Assembly (NCBI GenBank): GCA_041690595.1
Contig: JAWLHB010000004.1
Location: 62,001 to 126,000 of the forward strand
DNA from: Lentisphaeria bacterium
GTDB lineage: Bacteria > Verrucomicrobiota > Lentisphaeria > JABSQK01 > JAWLHB01
Length of the DNA: 64,000 nt
Direction: 5' to 3'
Shown here: positions 40,450 to 49,681 of the stretch, one piece after another
How the letters are laid out: each line of letters starts with the position of its first letter
How positions within the stretch are numbered: position 1 is the stretch's first letter
Notes under the pieces: model-generated
Told to the model about the DNA's origin: nothing
Seen by the model: only the letters and a program-made list of their open reading frames with translations
Database searches by the model: none
Made by a program: the position numbers and the translations under genes

Positions 40450-43023
40450 TCAAGCGATGCCCGTCGCCTGTTTCATCTTCCTGGTGATGGATTGGCGCAG
40501 GGAAAAGAAGCCTTCCCACGGGTCTGTCTTGATTGCACTGAGGCGCCGGCGGACATCGGGAACGCTGAAACTGTTGGGTAGCAGGTCGGCGTCAAGCTCG
40601 TCCCAGGTGACTGGAATCGCGACCGGCGCACCTTCCCGAGCCCGGGTCGAGTAGGAGCTGACGGCAGTGGCGCTGTGGCTGTTGCGCTGAAAATCGATGT
40701 AGATCCGCCCCTCTCGCTGCTTCTTGCTCATGTTGGCGGTGAAGCGGTCGCGATGATCGCGGGCCATCTGCGTGGCGATCGCTCCGGTGAAGGCCTTCGC
40801 CTCGTCCCAGCTCTGGCGGCGAGTAAGCGGGATGACCACGTGGATGCCCTTGCCACCCGAAAGGCGGGCGAAGCTGACAAGCCCCATCCCCGCCAGGCGA
40901 TCCCGCAGCTCGCGGGCGGCGGAGACGATCTCCTCCCACTCGATCTGCTCTCCCGGATCGAAATCGAAGATGAGGCGGTCGGGTTTGTCGGGTTGATCGG
41001 CGGTGCATCCCCACGGATGCAGTTCAAGAGCGCCGAACTGGATCAGGGTGATCAGACCGGCCAAGTCGTCGATGACGATGTACTCCTTGGGATCGCTCTT
41101 GCCGGCGATGTGGACGCCGCGAACCGGCGGCGGAAGCGTCTCCCCCACATGCCGCTGATAGAAGCAGTTTTTGCCACGACCAGATGGGCAGCGAACGAGG
41201 CTGACCGGTCGACCGACGAGGTGGGGCAGGATCCAGTCTGAGATCTCCGCGTAGTATTCGGCCAGATCCTGCTTGGTGAGTCCCATTTCAGGAAAGAGCA
41301 CACGATCCGGGCTGGAGAGGTTGACGCCGGCGATCTGGACGCCCTTCTTCTTGCGCTGGTTCATGGTAACCTGCTTTGGCGGCGTAGTACCGGCCGATGC
41401 CTTGTCGTCCGCCGGCTCGACGGTTTTGTCGGTGAGAGCGGGTTTTTCGCGGATGATGCTTTCGGGAGGTTTGTCCGCGCGCAGCCCTTTGAAGGAGGGA
41501 TGACGGAGCCGTCCATCGCCAGTCCATTCGGTGAATTCGACTTCGCAGACGAGCTTCGGCGTCACCCAGCGACCGGAGCGCTGCACCGCTTTCGGCAGAT
41601 CGATGAAGGGCGGCGACTTGCGCTCGATACCGTGCAGCTTGTTCGCCAGCTCTTCGAGAAGACGATCACTGAAGCCGGTACCGACGCCGCCACAGAAGCG
41701 CAGCTCCTCACCATCGTAGACGCCGACCAGCAGCGCGCCGAAGCCAAGGCGGGATCCTTCCGGCTCCGTGAAGCCCCCGATCACGAACTCCTGCCGGTGC
41801 ACGCACTTGACCTTGAGCCAGTTGCGGCTGCGTCGCCCGATGTAGGGTGCATCCGCCTTCTTGCAGATGATCCCTTCCAGATGATGCTCGCACGCTTGCT
41901 CATGAAACTCCGCTCCCTGGCCGACGATATGATCGAGATAACGGATATGCCCCGTTGCCTGGACGCCGAGAATGCTCCGCAGAAGCTGCTTGCGCTGGAG
42001 CTGCGGGCTCTTCCGGAGATCGTGGCCGGCGTAGTACAGGATGTCGAAGACGTAATAGACGACGGAGGAGGTGCCGCCGTCGCGGAGGAGATTCTGCAGC
42101 GCCTGGAAGTCGGTGGTGCCGTCCGGGCGCAAGACCACGGCCTCGCCATCAAAGATGGCATCTTCCAGGTCCAGCCCCTCCAGAGCGCGCCGCGGGTCGG
42201 TGAAGCGGGCTGTCCAGTCCTTCGCGTTGCGGGTCAGCAGGCGCACCTTGCCGTCTCGGATGTGAGCGACGAGGCGATAGCCGTCGAGCTTCATCTCGTG
42301 AATCCACTGGTCGCCGTCGGGGACGAGATCCACCAGGGTGGCAAGCTGCGGGCTGACCTCCTTCGGCATGGCGGCGCGGCGGGCGTTGGGCAGCGCGGAA
42401 GGTTCGGGTGCAGCCATCGGTGGCTCGTCCCCCCGCGCCTCGCCTTCCTGCCAGACGGAATCGGCATGACGGGTGATCTGCTTCATGCCGCGCCCGGTGA
42501 GAACGCTGCGGTCGTTAGCGTCGAGAAAGCCCTCCGCATCGGGATCCGCGATATCGTCGTGTTCCTTGATGAGGAGCCAGTTCTTGTCGTCTTCGCTCTG
42601 TTTCATCTGCACCAGAGCCCAGTTGCCCCGCATCTTTTCGCCCTCCAGGCGAAAGGAGAGTTTGCCCTTTCGCAAGCCCTTGTGCGGGTCGTCGTTCGGA
42701 GCCCAGGTGCCGCGATCCCAGAGCATGACGGTGCCGCCGCCGTACTCTCCGGCGGGGATGATGCCCTCGAAATCGCCATAGTCCAGCGGATGATCTTCCA
42801 CGGCGACGGCGAGGCGCTTTTCGCCGGGGTCCAGGCTGGGCCCCTTCGGCACCGCCCAGCTCTTCAAGACGCCATCCAGTTCCAGGCGAAAGTCGTAATG
42901 CAGATTTCGCGCCGCATGCTTCTGAACGACAAAGAGATTGCCGCCGGAGTCTGGGCGTTCGTTGCCGGCAGGCTCCGGGGTCTTGGCAAAATCGCGTTTT
43001 CGATGATAGTCTTCCAGTGGCAT
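40450..43023 (-). CDS. ligD: NHEJ DNA ligase D (phosphoesterase-ligase-polymerase)
   Basis: KRDFAKTPEP, HYDFRLE, EMKLDGYR, RLRHPSFKGLR, SGGKGIHV. Confidence 0.96.
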   Translation of the reverse strand: MPLEDYHRKRDFAKTPEPAGNERPDSGGNLFVVQKHAARNLHYDFRLELDGVLKSWAVPKGPSLDPGEKRLAVAVEDHPLDYGDFEGIIPAGEYGGGTVMLWDRGTWAPNDDPHKGLRKGKLSFRLEGEKMRGNWALVQMKQSEDDKNWLLIKEHDDIADPDAEGFLDANDRSVLTGRGMKQITRHADSVWQEGEARGDEPPMAAPEPSALPNARRAAMPKEVSPQLATLVDLVPDGDQWIHEMKLDGYRLVAHIRDGKVRLLTRNAKDWTARFTDPRRALEGLDLEDAIFDGEAVVLRPDGTTDFQALQNLLRDGGTSSVVYYVFDILYYAGHDLRKSPQLQRKQLLRSILGVQATGHIRYLDHIVGQGAEFHEQACEHHLEGIICKKADAPYIGRRSRNWLKVKCVHRQEFVIGGFTEPEGSRLGFGALLVGVYDGEELRFCGGVGTGFSDRLLEELANKLHGIERKSPPFIDLPKAVQRSGRWVTPKLVCEVEFTEWTGDGRLRHPSFKGLRADKPPESIIREKPALTDKTVEPADDKASAGTTPPKQVTMNQRKKKGVQIAGVNLSSPDRVLFPEMGLTKQDLAEYYAEISDWILPHLVGRPVSLVRCPSGRGKNCFYQRHVGETLPPPVRGVHIAGKSDPKEYIVIDDLAGLITLIQFGALELHPWGCTADQPDKPDRLIFDFDPGEQIEWEEIVSAARELRDRLAGMGLVSFARLSGGKGIHVVIPLTRRQSWDEAKAFTGAIATQMARDHRDRFTANMSKKQREGRIYIDFQRNSHSATAVSSYSTRAREGAPVAIPVTWDELDADLLPNSFSVPDVRRRLSAIKTDPWEGFFSLRQSITRKMKQATGIA

Positions 43024-43154
43024 AAGGCGTTGGCTCCATGGTTAAGGTAGCAGTCATCGCCCTGGCGGAGCAAAAGGCTGGGCGTCGCGGCGGTGGTCAA
43101 GTGGCCCGGGTGGGGATATAGTAGCGGTTCACCTGAGCAAGCAATGGAGAGGCA

Positions 43155-43880
43155 ATGGGAAAAGCGCGACAAGGCGAGCCCGACTGGGACAACAGCGACA
43201 ACTGGAATGAGTTCGACTGGGAGCAGGCGCTGAAGCACAGCGACCATGTGGCGGCCCGTTATTTCCGCATGCTGGAACGCTTTGGCGATCTTCCCGATGC
43301 CGATTCCTTCATCGCCAGCAGACTCGGCGAGCAGAACTTCTTCGATTTCCAGGACGAGACCTTCTACACCTATGACGAGTCGGAAGAGGAGTGGGATCAC
43401 CACGGCGAAGGAGAGGAAGGAGGCTCCGGCGAGGAAGGTGACGATGAGGACGACGATGAAGAGGAAGACGAGCAGATCGGACCTGGCGATACGCTTTACT
43501 TCGAGACCTGCCCCGTCTATCAGCGGGCGCGTCAGATCGCGCTTGGCTGGTGCAACATACTCTCGAGCGTATTGAAGCCGGACGATCGGCTCTGGGGGAT
43601 CGCCGTCCTCTTTCACCTCGGACGCATACTCTCGTACCTTTCCCTGAGCATCGGCGACGGTACCTTCGACCGGCTGCCCGCTTCCATTGCCTTCGCCAAG
43701 CGTTCGCTGCAGGAGGTCAACCTCATCCTGGGGGAGATCGAACGCAAGAATAAGGCGACGGTGAGCTACCGGACCATCCTCAAGCTGATCCGTGAGCACC
43801 TCCTGGAAACCCACGACATGCTGGTCACGCTGTTGATGGATCTGCGCAAGCGCAATGGCTCCCAGGAGACGGGCATCTGA
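43155..43880 (+). CDS. Acidic hypothetical protein
   Basis: WNEFDWE motif, D/E-rich linker, helical C-terminus. Confidence 0.7.
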   Translation: MGKARQGEPDWDNSDNWNEFDWEQALKHSDHVAARYFRMLERFGDLPDADSFIASRLGEQNFFDFQDETFYTYDESEEEWDHHGEGEEGGSGEEGDDEDDDEEEDEQIGPGDTLYFETCPVYQRARQIALGWCNILSSVLKPDDRLWGIAVLFHLGRILSYLSLSIGDGTFDRLPASIAFAKRSLQEVNLILGEIERKNKATVSYRTILKLIREHLLETHDMLVTLLMDLRKRNGSQETGI

Positions 43881-43885
43881 GATCG

Positions 43886-45235
43886 TCACGCCTGCGCCTC
43901 GATCTCATGGTCGATGCGGCTCTGTTGCTCGTGCGACAGGGCGGGTAGTATACGGCGAACGACGGCTTTCTCGACCGCCTGGCGGAAGGCGTGGCTCTGC
44001 ACGAGATCGCGGGCGGTTACCATATTGGCCAGATCTTCCGCGAGATTCTCCACGTTGAACTGTCGGGGACGTTGCAGCCGCACCTGCTCAAAGAGCGATT
44101 CCTGCTTCTGCCACGCGAGCCAGAGGCGCAGGCAGGCGCTCTCGCTCTCGTCCAGAGCCGCTGCCTTGGTGGCGAGGCGGGCATTGAGCTGGCGAAACAT
44201 GATCTGGAGGGCACGTCCGCTCGGCACGACGGTGCTGTCGAAGAGGGCTTCGCCCCGCGTATTGGTCATGCGATAGATCTCGCCCACCTTGAGGGCGATG
44301 AAACGCAGGATCGCGTCGATGGGCTCAAGCACCTCGGCGCGCAGCCAGTCGGGCTTGCTGTGAGGAAGCGTCGGGTCGAACTGCATGACGGCGCGCGGGC
44401 CGACCGCCGGATTGACGCTTTCCTCTCCGAGCGACGGGCGGGGCATCATCAGCATGGGAAAGGCGGCCAGATCGATGACCTCGTCCGCCTGCGAGATGTT
44501 GCGCATGATGGAGACATCGATGCGGGCGATATCCTGAATATCGGAGGTGCCGATAAAGGGGTCGGCGCTCCGGGCATTGAAATGCCAGACAAAGGGGACA
44601 ATCCCCAGAGGGTTGGCGCCGAGGGCGACACAGCGATAGCGTCCTTGCTCATCGCGCTCCCACAGTTCCCACCGCTCCCGCGTCCAGCACCGGATCGTGC
44701 CATCGGCCTCCCGCAGCTTCACATACTCGAGGCGAGGCCGATGATGCTGGTCGCGGCCGTGACGCCAGTCGAGTATGTTGGTCGGCAGGTAGATCGCCAG
44801 GTAGGGATGAATGCCGGCGCGCAGCTCATCCTCGCGGCTTCGCGCTTCGCCTGGCGCCTTGGTGACGAGGATGCCGACATGGCCCAGGACGCTCGCATAT
44901 TGCTGCGCTTCGTGCCAGAAGAGGTCGTAGTCGGTGCCGAGCAGGTCGATGTCCTTCATGAAGGCATGGAAGAGCGCATCGTCCGCGAGGCGGCCGAGTT
45001 CGCGGGTTGGCGGCTTCTCGAAGAGGTAATGGAGAAAGATCTCGACGATGGAGCGGGAATAGTTGAAGGAGATCGCCTGGCGCTGACGCTGGGCATGATT
45101 CTCGGGTGACTCGCGGATATGCCGCGGCAGGGCGCCGGCGTCGATGAGCGCCTGCGTCCCCTGCCAGGCGGCGAGCAGGAATTTCCAGTCGGAGAGGTGC
45201 CGACGGTAGAGGGGATGGGTGGTTTCGATGTCCAT
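43886..45235 (-). CDS. Phage portal protein (SPP1 gp6/DUF4055-like)
   Basis: 449 aa; THPLY...W, ES.E....R...A..FNY, ILDW, NPLGIVPFV, SGRALQ. Confidence 0.8.
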   Translation of the reverse strand: MDIETTHPLYRRHLSDWKFLLAAWQGTQALIDAGALPRHIRESPENHAQRQRQAISFNYSRSIVEIFLHYLFEKPPTRELGRLADDALFHAFMKDIDLLGTDYDLFWHEAQQYASVLGHVGILVTKAPGEARSREDELRAGIHPYLAIYLPTNILDWRHGRDQHHRPRLEYVKLREADGTIRCWTRERWELWERDEQGRYRCVALGANPLGIVPFVWHFNARSADPFIGTSDIQDIARIDVSIMRNISQADEVIDLAAFPMLMMPRPSLGEESVNPAVGPRAVMQFDPTLPHSKPDWLRAEVLEPIDAILRFIALKVGEIYRMTNTRGEALFDSTVVPSGRALQIMFRQLNARLATKAAALDESESACLRLWLAWQKQESLFEQVRLQRPRQFNVENLAEDLANMVTARDLVQSHAFRQAVEKAVVRRILPALSHEQQSRIDHEIEAQA

Positions 45236-45255
45236 GAGATGAGATTCCTTTGGGT

Positions 45256-46104
45256 TCAGGCGCGGAGCCAGCGCATGGCGCCGCCATGTTTTTCCGGTGC
45301 CCAGCGCAGGGGCTGGCCGTTGGTATCGGCGATGGGCGGCACACGAAGGAGGATCCGGGTGATCTCCCAGAAGTCGCGGCCGGTTGCATCGCGCACAGTC
45401 TCGATGCTCTGATCGATCCCCCGCCAGACGCCCGCGGCCGTGGCATCCGGGAGATGGAAGCGGGTGGGAATGCAGGCGGGGCTGCCATCGGTGACTCCGC
45501 CAAAATCGAGATAGCGGCTGAGGAAGTTGGCGCGGGCGTGAAAGACGATGGTTGACACTTCGCAGCGGGCACTCTGTTGATGCATCTGCCACGCTGGGGT
45601 GTGGGTAAAGGGAGAGGCCGCCGGAGGCTGCTGCGCCGCGGCCGGCCAGTCGAGGAGCCATGTCGGGTCCGCGGGATCGCGCTGAATGGGGGCATGCCCC
45701 GGAACGCCGCTGCCGAGATTGACATGCTCGGCGCTCCACGGCGAGCCATCCGTCGGGCGCGGCGGGAGAGGTTGCACCCCCAGTACCGCCGACGAGAAGA
45801 GAAAATCGCGGCGGCTGAAACTGATGTGGTAGAGGGAGCGAAGGTTCTCGCGGTCGAAGGAGATGCCGACGGCGATACTGGGTCGGGCGGTGACGCTGAC
45901 GTAATCGACGTGCGGCGCAAAGGCGGTCACGGCGACCTTGTCGACGATCCATCCCGGTACCAGCAGGTCGGCGGCATCGCCGCGATGGGGGCGGAACTCG
46001 CGGTCGGCGGCGGCCATCCGGAAGCGCGCCTGGGCATAGGTGCCCTGAGCATCTTCGTGAAGGTCGACATTATCGATAAGCTGCAGGCAGGTCCAGTCGG
46101 CCAT
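45256..46104 (-). CDS. Hypothetical protein, possibly tail/baseplate component
   Basis: 282 aa beta-rich ORF in the cassette, GGAG RBS. Confidence 0.6.
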   Translation of the reverse strand: MADWTCLQLIDNVDLHEDAQGTYAQARFRMAAADREFRPHRGDAADLLVPGWIVDKVAVTAFAPHVDYVSVTARPSIAVGISFDRENLRSLYHISFSRRDFLFSSAVLGVQPLPPRPTDGSPWSAEHVNLGSGVPGHAPIQRDPADPTWLLDWPAAAQQPPAASPFTHTPAWQMHQQSARCEVSTIVFHARANFLSRYLDFGGVTDGSPACIPTRFHLPDATAAGVWRGIDQSIETVRDATGRDFWEITRILLRVPPIADTNGQPLRWAPEKHGGAMRWLRA

Positions 46105-46127
46105 GGGGCGAGGCTCCAGTGGAAGGT

Positions 46128-46418
46128 TTATTCATCGAGGAGGAAATGGGCGAGGGGCCGAAAGAGTTCGGCAAGCTCGCGCAGGTGCTGATTGGCGAGC
46201 CTGGTTTCGGCCTTGAGCTGGCGCAGCTCGTCGAGGATGGCATCCGATGGGGTGGCGGCCCCTTCGGTGATGGTTGGATCATGGGTTGCTCCTTCTTGTT
46301 TCGGTTTGCCGCCGGCGGCCTGCGCCGTGCCGCTGAAGGAGGCTTCCAGCTCGGCAAGCTGTTGACGGGCCTGATCGGCCGCCAGTTGAATGTCGATGGT
46401 AAGTGTTTGTTCACTCAT
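46128..46418 (-). CDS. 96-aa protein resembling a collapsed tape-measure protein
   Basis: N-terminal LTIDIQLAADQARQQL and C-terminal LDELRQL..ANQHLREL helices joined by a short linker. Confidence 0.45.
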   Translation of the reverse strand: MSEQTLTIDIQLAADQARQQLAELEASFSGTAQAAGGKPKQEGATHDPTITEGAATPSDAILDELRQLKAETRLANQHLRELAELFRPLAHFLLDE

Positions 46419-46761
46419 GGCGTTTGTTCAGGTTGGCGGTGGTGCGAAGCTGGGTACTGATCTCGTTGGGAATGCAGGGGCAGCGATGGATGGCGGTGCA
46501 GGCGTCGTGAAGGGCATCGGCGATGCGCTGAAAGGCCTGGCTGTTGGTGTCGAGGGCGGTGGCGGCGTGGTTGAGCGCGGAGCGCAGGTCGCCGCGATAA
46601 TCGCCCTCCAGGCTCTCGATGCGGGCAATCAGCGACTGCTCGCGACGGTAGCCGCGAGTGATGGCCTCCTTGCTCAGCCAGAAGATGTGCCAGAGCAGGA
46701 CGGCACAAAGCGCGATCCACGGGCCGAAGCTGTCGGCAAGGCGGGTGAGGTGGTCAAGCAT
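46411..46761 (-). CDS. Holin-like single-TM coiled-coil protein
   Basis: FGPWIALCAVLLWHIFW TM then REQSLIARIESLE; overlaps both neighbours. Confidence 0.55.
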   Translation of the reverse strand: MLDHLTRLADSFGPWIALCAVLLWHIFWLSKEAITRGYRREQSLIARIESLEGDYRGDLRSALNHAATALDTNSQAFQRIADALHDACTAIHRCPCIPNEISTQLRTTANLNKRHE

Positions 46762-47521
46762 GGGCGGCTCCCTCCATGGTGTCGATGTAGGCGTCGATGC
46801 CGTGGTAGCGTTTGAAGAGACTCCGGCGCTTCATCCAGGTGAGGGCTCCAAGGGTTCGCCAGGCGAGCCGCAGTTGGCGGAGCCGGCCAACATGCCGATA
46901 ACCGAGTGTGCAGGGGGCCACCCACGGGACGGGATCCGGCCCGTTGACGATACGCATGGATGGGATCACCGCGTCAAAGGCGCGCCGATAGCGCCGCTGG
47001 GCGACGCGTGGAGCCCCGAAGGTCACCATCCGGACAGGCACCAGGCCGTCGAAGTGCAGGTAGAGATCGTAAGCGGCGGGAACGGCCTCCCCACCCCCTT
47101 TGCTGTGACCGGTGACGGTGATGGAAGCCGGCTGCCCCATATCCTCGAGCAGACGCTGACGCAGCGCCTGATAGCCGTGCAGGAAGCCGGCGTGGAGCGG
47201 CATGCCATAGTGATGGCATGGCCGACAGTCCAGGTTGGCCAGCCAGTCGATGGGGCTGTCGCTGCCACGGAAGACCAGGACGAGGTGCTCCCCGGGGCGA
47301 CGGTAGAGCTGCGCCTGCGCGTCGAGATGAACGCGGCGCTGGCAGGTAGGGCAGGCATAGTCGCCATAGTAGTCATACGCATCGACAAGGCCGGGCGCCT
47401 GGGCACGGATGATCCACGGATTGCTGTACGAGAGGCGGGCGAGCCGCGCGAGATCCAGGTTGGACAGCTCGGGCAGCGCGAGCAGCTGCGCAAGTGCCGG
47501 GGTTTGAGCGGATTGATGCAT
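46754..47521 (-). CDS. Class 3 lipase (alpha/beta hydrolase)
   Basis: VFRGSD, LHAGF, TGHSKGG, TFGAPRV, DPVP, YRHVG, HGIDAY: complete Ser-Asp-His set. Confidence 0.9.
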   Translation of the reverse strand: MHQSAQTPALAQLLALPELSNLDLARLARLSYSNPWIIRAQAPGLVDAYDYYGDYACPTCQRRVHLDAQAQLYRRPGEHLVLVFRGSDSPIDWLANLDCRPCHHYGMPLHAGFLHGYQALRQRLLEDMGQPASITVTGHSKGGGEAVPAAYDLYLHFDGLVPVRMVTFGAPRVAQRRYRRAFDAVIPSMRIVNGPDPVPWVAPCTLGYRHVGRLRQLRLAWRTLGALTWMKRRSLFKRYHGIDAYIDTMEGAAHA

Positions 47522-47557
47522 GGAAGGTCCCTCTGTGGTTGTGACGAATGGTGTGTA

Positions 47558-47905
47558 TCAGGAAACGATGGGGTCGCCGGCGAAGTCGAGAATGGTGGTG
47601 CGGGTGCGGTCACTCCATGAGGCGGAGACCAACCCGGTGAAGGTGGCAATGACGGTGCTGCCCCGCCGGAGGGTGATGGTGTCGGTCGTGGCCGGCAGTG
47701 TATCCAGGTGGGTGTGATCGCCACGAAGCTCGAGGCGCGCGCGGATATCCACGGCCTGCCGGTCGTGATGAATGCGGCCGTCGGCGGTGGTGGTGGCGAT
47801 GTCTCGCCCGCGCTCCTGGTAGGTGCCGCTGCCCGGCAGGACCAGTTCCGCGGGGAGATGGTGGTCGCCAATGAGGGCGTTGTCGAAGGGAAGCAGTGAT
47901 GGCAT
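47558..47905 (-). CDS. Small beta-rich hypothetical virion protein
   Basis: 115 aa from MPSLLPFD, GGAGG RBS. Confidence 0.6.
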   Translation of the reverse strand: MPSLLPFDNALIGDHHLPAELVLPGSGTYQERGRDIATTTADGRIHHDRQAVDIRARLELRGDHTHLDTLPATTDTITLRRGSTVIATFTGLVSASWSDRTRTTILDFAGDPIVS

Positions 47906-47925
47906 GAGACGATTCCTCCCGTAGT

Positions 47926-48261
47926 TCAGGGCCGGGAGCCCTTCCAGGTGATGGTGGCAATCTGAAGAGCATCGCCTTGAATGCTCAGGTCGACGAGGGC
48001 GCCGACGGCGGTTGGCGGATCGCCGGAGACGGTGACATCGCCGGGACCGACGGGAGAGCGCAGCATCCGCAGGCTGGCGAAGCTTTGGTCGCCCTCGTCG
48101 CGCACCAGGCACTGAAGGGAACCCTGGCGCAGAAGGCCGGCCCGGACGTTGGGTACCTGTCGTCCCCCACGGTCGTCGTGGCCACCTCCATGTCGAAGGG
48201 TTCCGGGAATCGGGTTTATCATGAGTGTTTGCTCACCATCGCGTGCAAAGATGACTGTCAT
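47926..48261 (-). CDS. Small beta-rich hypothetical virion protein (possibly tail-tube-like)
   Basis: 111 aa, GGAG RBS, directly after the terminator-like gene. Confidence 0.55.
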   Translation of the reverse strand: MTVIFARDGEQTLMINPIPGTLRHGGGHDDRGGRQVPNVRAGLLRQGSLQCLVRDEGDQSFASLRMLRSPVGPGDVTVSGDPPTAVGALVDLSIQGDALQIATITWKGSRP

Positions 48262-48288
48262 GGCGAAAGGTCTCCGTTTGATCGATGT

Positions 48289-48699
48289 TCAGGGAAGGAG
48301 GACGTCGAAGCTGACGAGGTAGAGGGTGTTGGTGGCGCCGAGATCAAGGGGCATGTCGCCCTGATACTGCCAGATGGCGTCGCGGTAGGAGAAGTCATCG
48401 AGTCTGGCGATGGATTCATCCAGGAGGGCGCGCGCATTGGCGGCCCCAGTCTCGGCCTGGGCATGGGAGGTGGCGATGAGCAGTTGCAGGCTGAGGCGGC
48501 GTCGCGGGTGCTGCTGACGGCGGCCGCCCTGGTAGATGACGATGACGGCGGGCAGTTGCGTCGCGTTCAGGCGCTGATAGAGGGCCTGGAGGGAGCTGCC
48601 GGAGAAGGTGAGCACCTGCCAATCCGGGTACGCGCGCAGCCGCTCGGCGGTCTGTTGCAGGATGGTCTCGGTCGATTCGAGGTAGTCGGTCAGCGGCAT
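48289..48699 (-). CDS. Tail terminator-like protein
   Basis: 136 aa from MPLTDY; LPAVIVIYQG, ALLDESIARLDDF, YLVSF; position after neck gene. Confidence 0.6.
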   Translation of the reverse strand: MPLTDYLESTETILQQTAERLRAYPDWQVLTFSGSSLQALYQRLNATQLPAVIVIYQGGRRQQHPRRRLSLQLLIATSHAQAETGAANARALLDESIARLDDFSYRDAIWQYQGDMPLDLGATNTLYLVSFDVLLP

Positions 48700-48719
48700 G
48701 GTGGGCTCCGGGCGAATGG

Positions 48720-49139
48720 CTAGGAGGTAAGAAGCTCGCGAAGATCGTCGAGGGTGGCGGGTGAATCGTCCGGGGCGAAGCCGAAGAAGGGACGAGTGGG
48801 CTGGTTGGCGGCGGCTTTGAAGGCGGAGTGGGAGTCGAGGAAGGTGAGGGAGACCCCGTCGCCGGTGAGGCGCGGGGCCATGGCGGCAAGCATGGCGCCG
48901 GTATGGAAGAGGTTGACGGCGGGAGAGGCGCCGGAGCGTTCCCGCTGCCGGCGCCAGGCCGGGGTATAGGGCCGAAACCGCTCTCCCGCGAGGCTGATGC
49001 CGGCGGCAGTGCGCCGCAGGATGCGCAGGCGCTGACGATCGGCAAGCTCGAGGAGGAGATCGGGGGCGGCAAGGCGATCCAGCAGCTGCTGGAGAGACTG
49101 ACCGGCGGCCTGACCGTCGATATGGAGGGGCGGCAGCAT
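48720..49139 (-). CDS. Virion morphogenesis / tail-completion (neck) protein
   Basis: G..F.PY...W, VNLFHTGAMLAAM, RPFFGF motifs. Confidence 0.72.
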   Translation of the reverse strand: MLPPLHIDGQAAGQSLQQLLDRLAAPDLLLELADRQRLRILRRTAAGISLAGERFRPYTPAWRRQRERSGASPAVNLFHTGAMLAAMAPRLTGDGVSLTFLDSHSAFKAAANQPTRPFFGFAPDDSPATLDDLRELLTS

Positions 49140-49141
49140 GA

Positions 49142-49588
49142 TCAGAGACGCTCCAGTATACGCGTTTCGAGCGGGCGGGCGGTCTCGGCCGGCGCGATGT
49201 TGGCGGAGCCGTCCCAGTCATAATCGAGACCGGCGGCAAGGACATCGGCTAGTTCAGCGGCGTAGCGAGCCTCCCAAGTGGCGGCGAGATGGTGAAAGGG
49301 CTCGTCGGGGTGTCCTTTGGCGAGATAGAGATAGACCAGGTGGAGCGCCTTGCAGGCAGCCAGCATAGTGAGCTGTTCGTCGGCATGCAGGAGGTTGGCT
49401 CTGGAGAAGGGGAGGTGATCGGGGTCGAGCCCGCGCTGGCGGGCGGCGGCACGGTACCAGCCAATGGTAAGCGCCCGGTCGACAATCCGGGTGGCTTCGG
49501 CGAGCTGATGGGGCCACGCGGTGGGGCCGAGCTGAAGGATCTCCGGGCGCAGCTTTTCGAGGTCCGAATCGGTGCAGTAGGTGCTCAT
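49142..49588 (-). CDS. Head-tail adaptor protein
   Basis: YCTDSDL N-terminus, EATRIVDRAL, Y..EL...LDYD; follows capsid gene. Confidence 0.7.
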   Translation of the reverse strand: MSTYCTDSDLEKLRPEILQLGPTAWPHQLAEATRIVDRALTIGWYRAAARQRGLDPDHLPFSRANLLHADEQLTMLAACKALHLVYLYLAKGHPDEPFHHLAATWEARYAAELADVLAAGLDYDWDGSANIAPAETARPLETRILERL

Positions 49589-49614
49589 GACGATGGGTGC
49601 CTGCGTGAGGTGGT

Positions 49615-49662
49615 GGGGAAAATGCCGCCGGGAGCGCGGCGCGGCCGTGGGCTCCCGGCGGC
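49615..49662 (-). terminator. Intrinsic terminator/attenuator after the major capsid gene
   Basis: GCCGCCGGGAGC/GCTCCCGGCGGC 12-bp stem (49624-49662) followed by ATTTT on the minus strand. Confidence 0.7.
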
Positions 49663-49681
49663 GGTGGGTTCAGGGGCGGAG

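Noticed and set aside
45236..45952. N-terminal 239 aa of the 688-aa portal ORF
   Set aside because: Overlaps the 45256-46104 gene in another frame; AAGGA RBS and portal-like sequence begin at 45235
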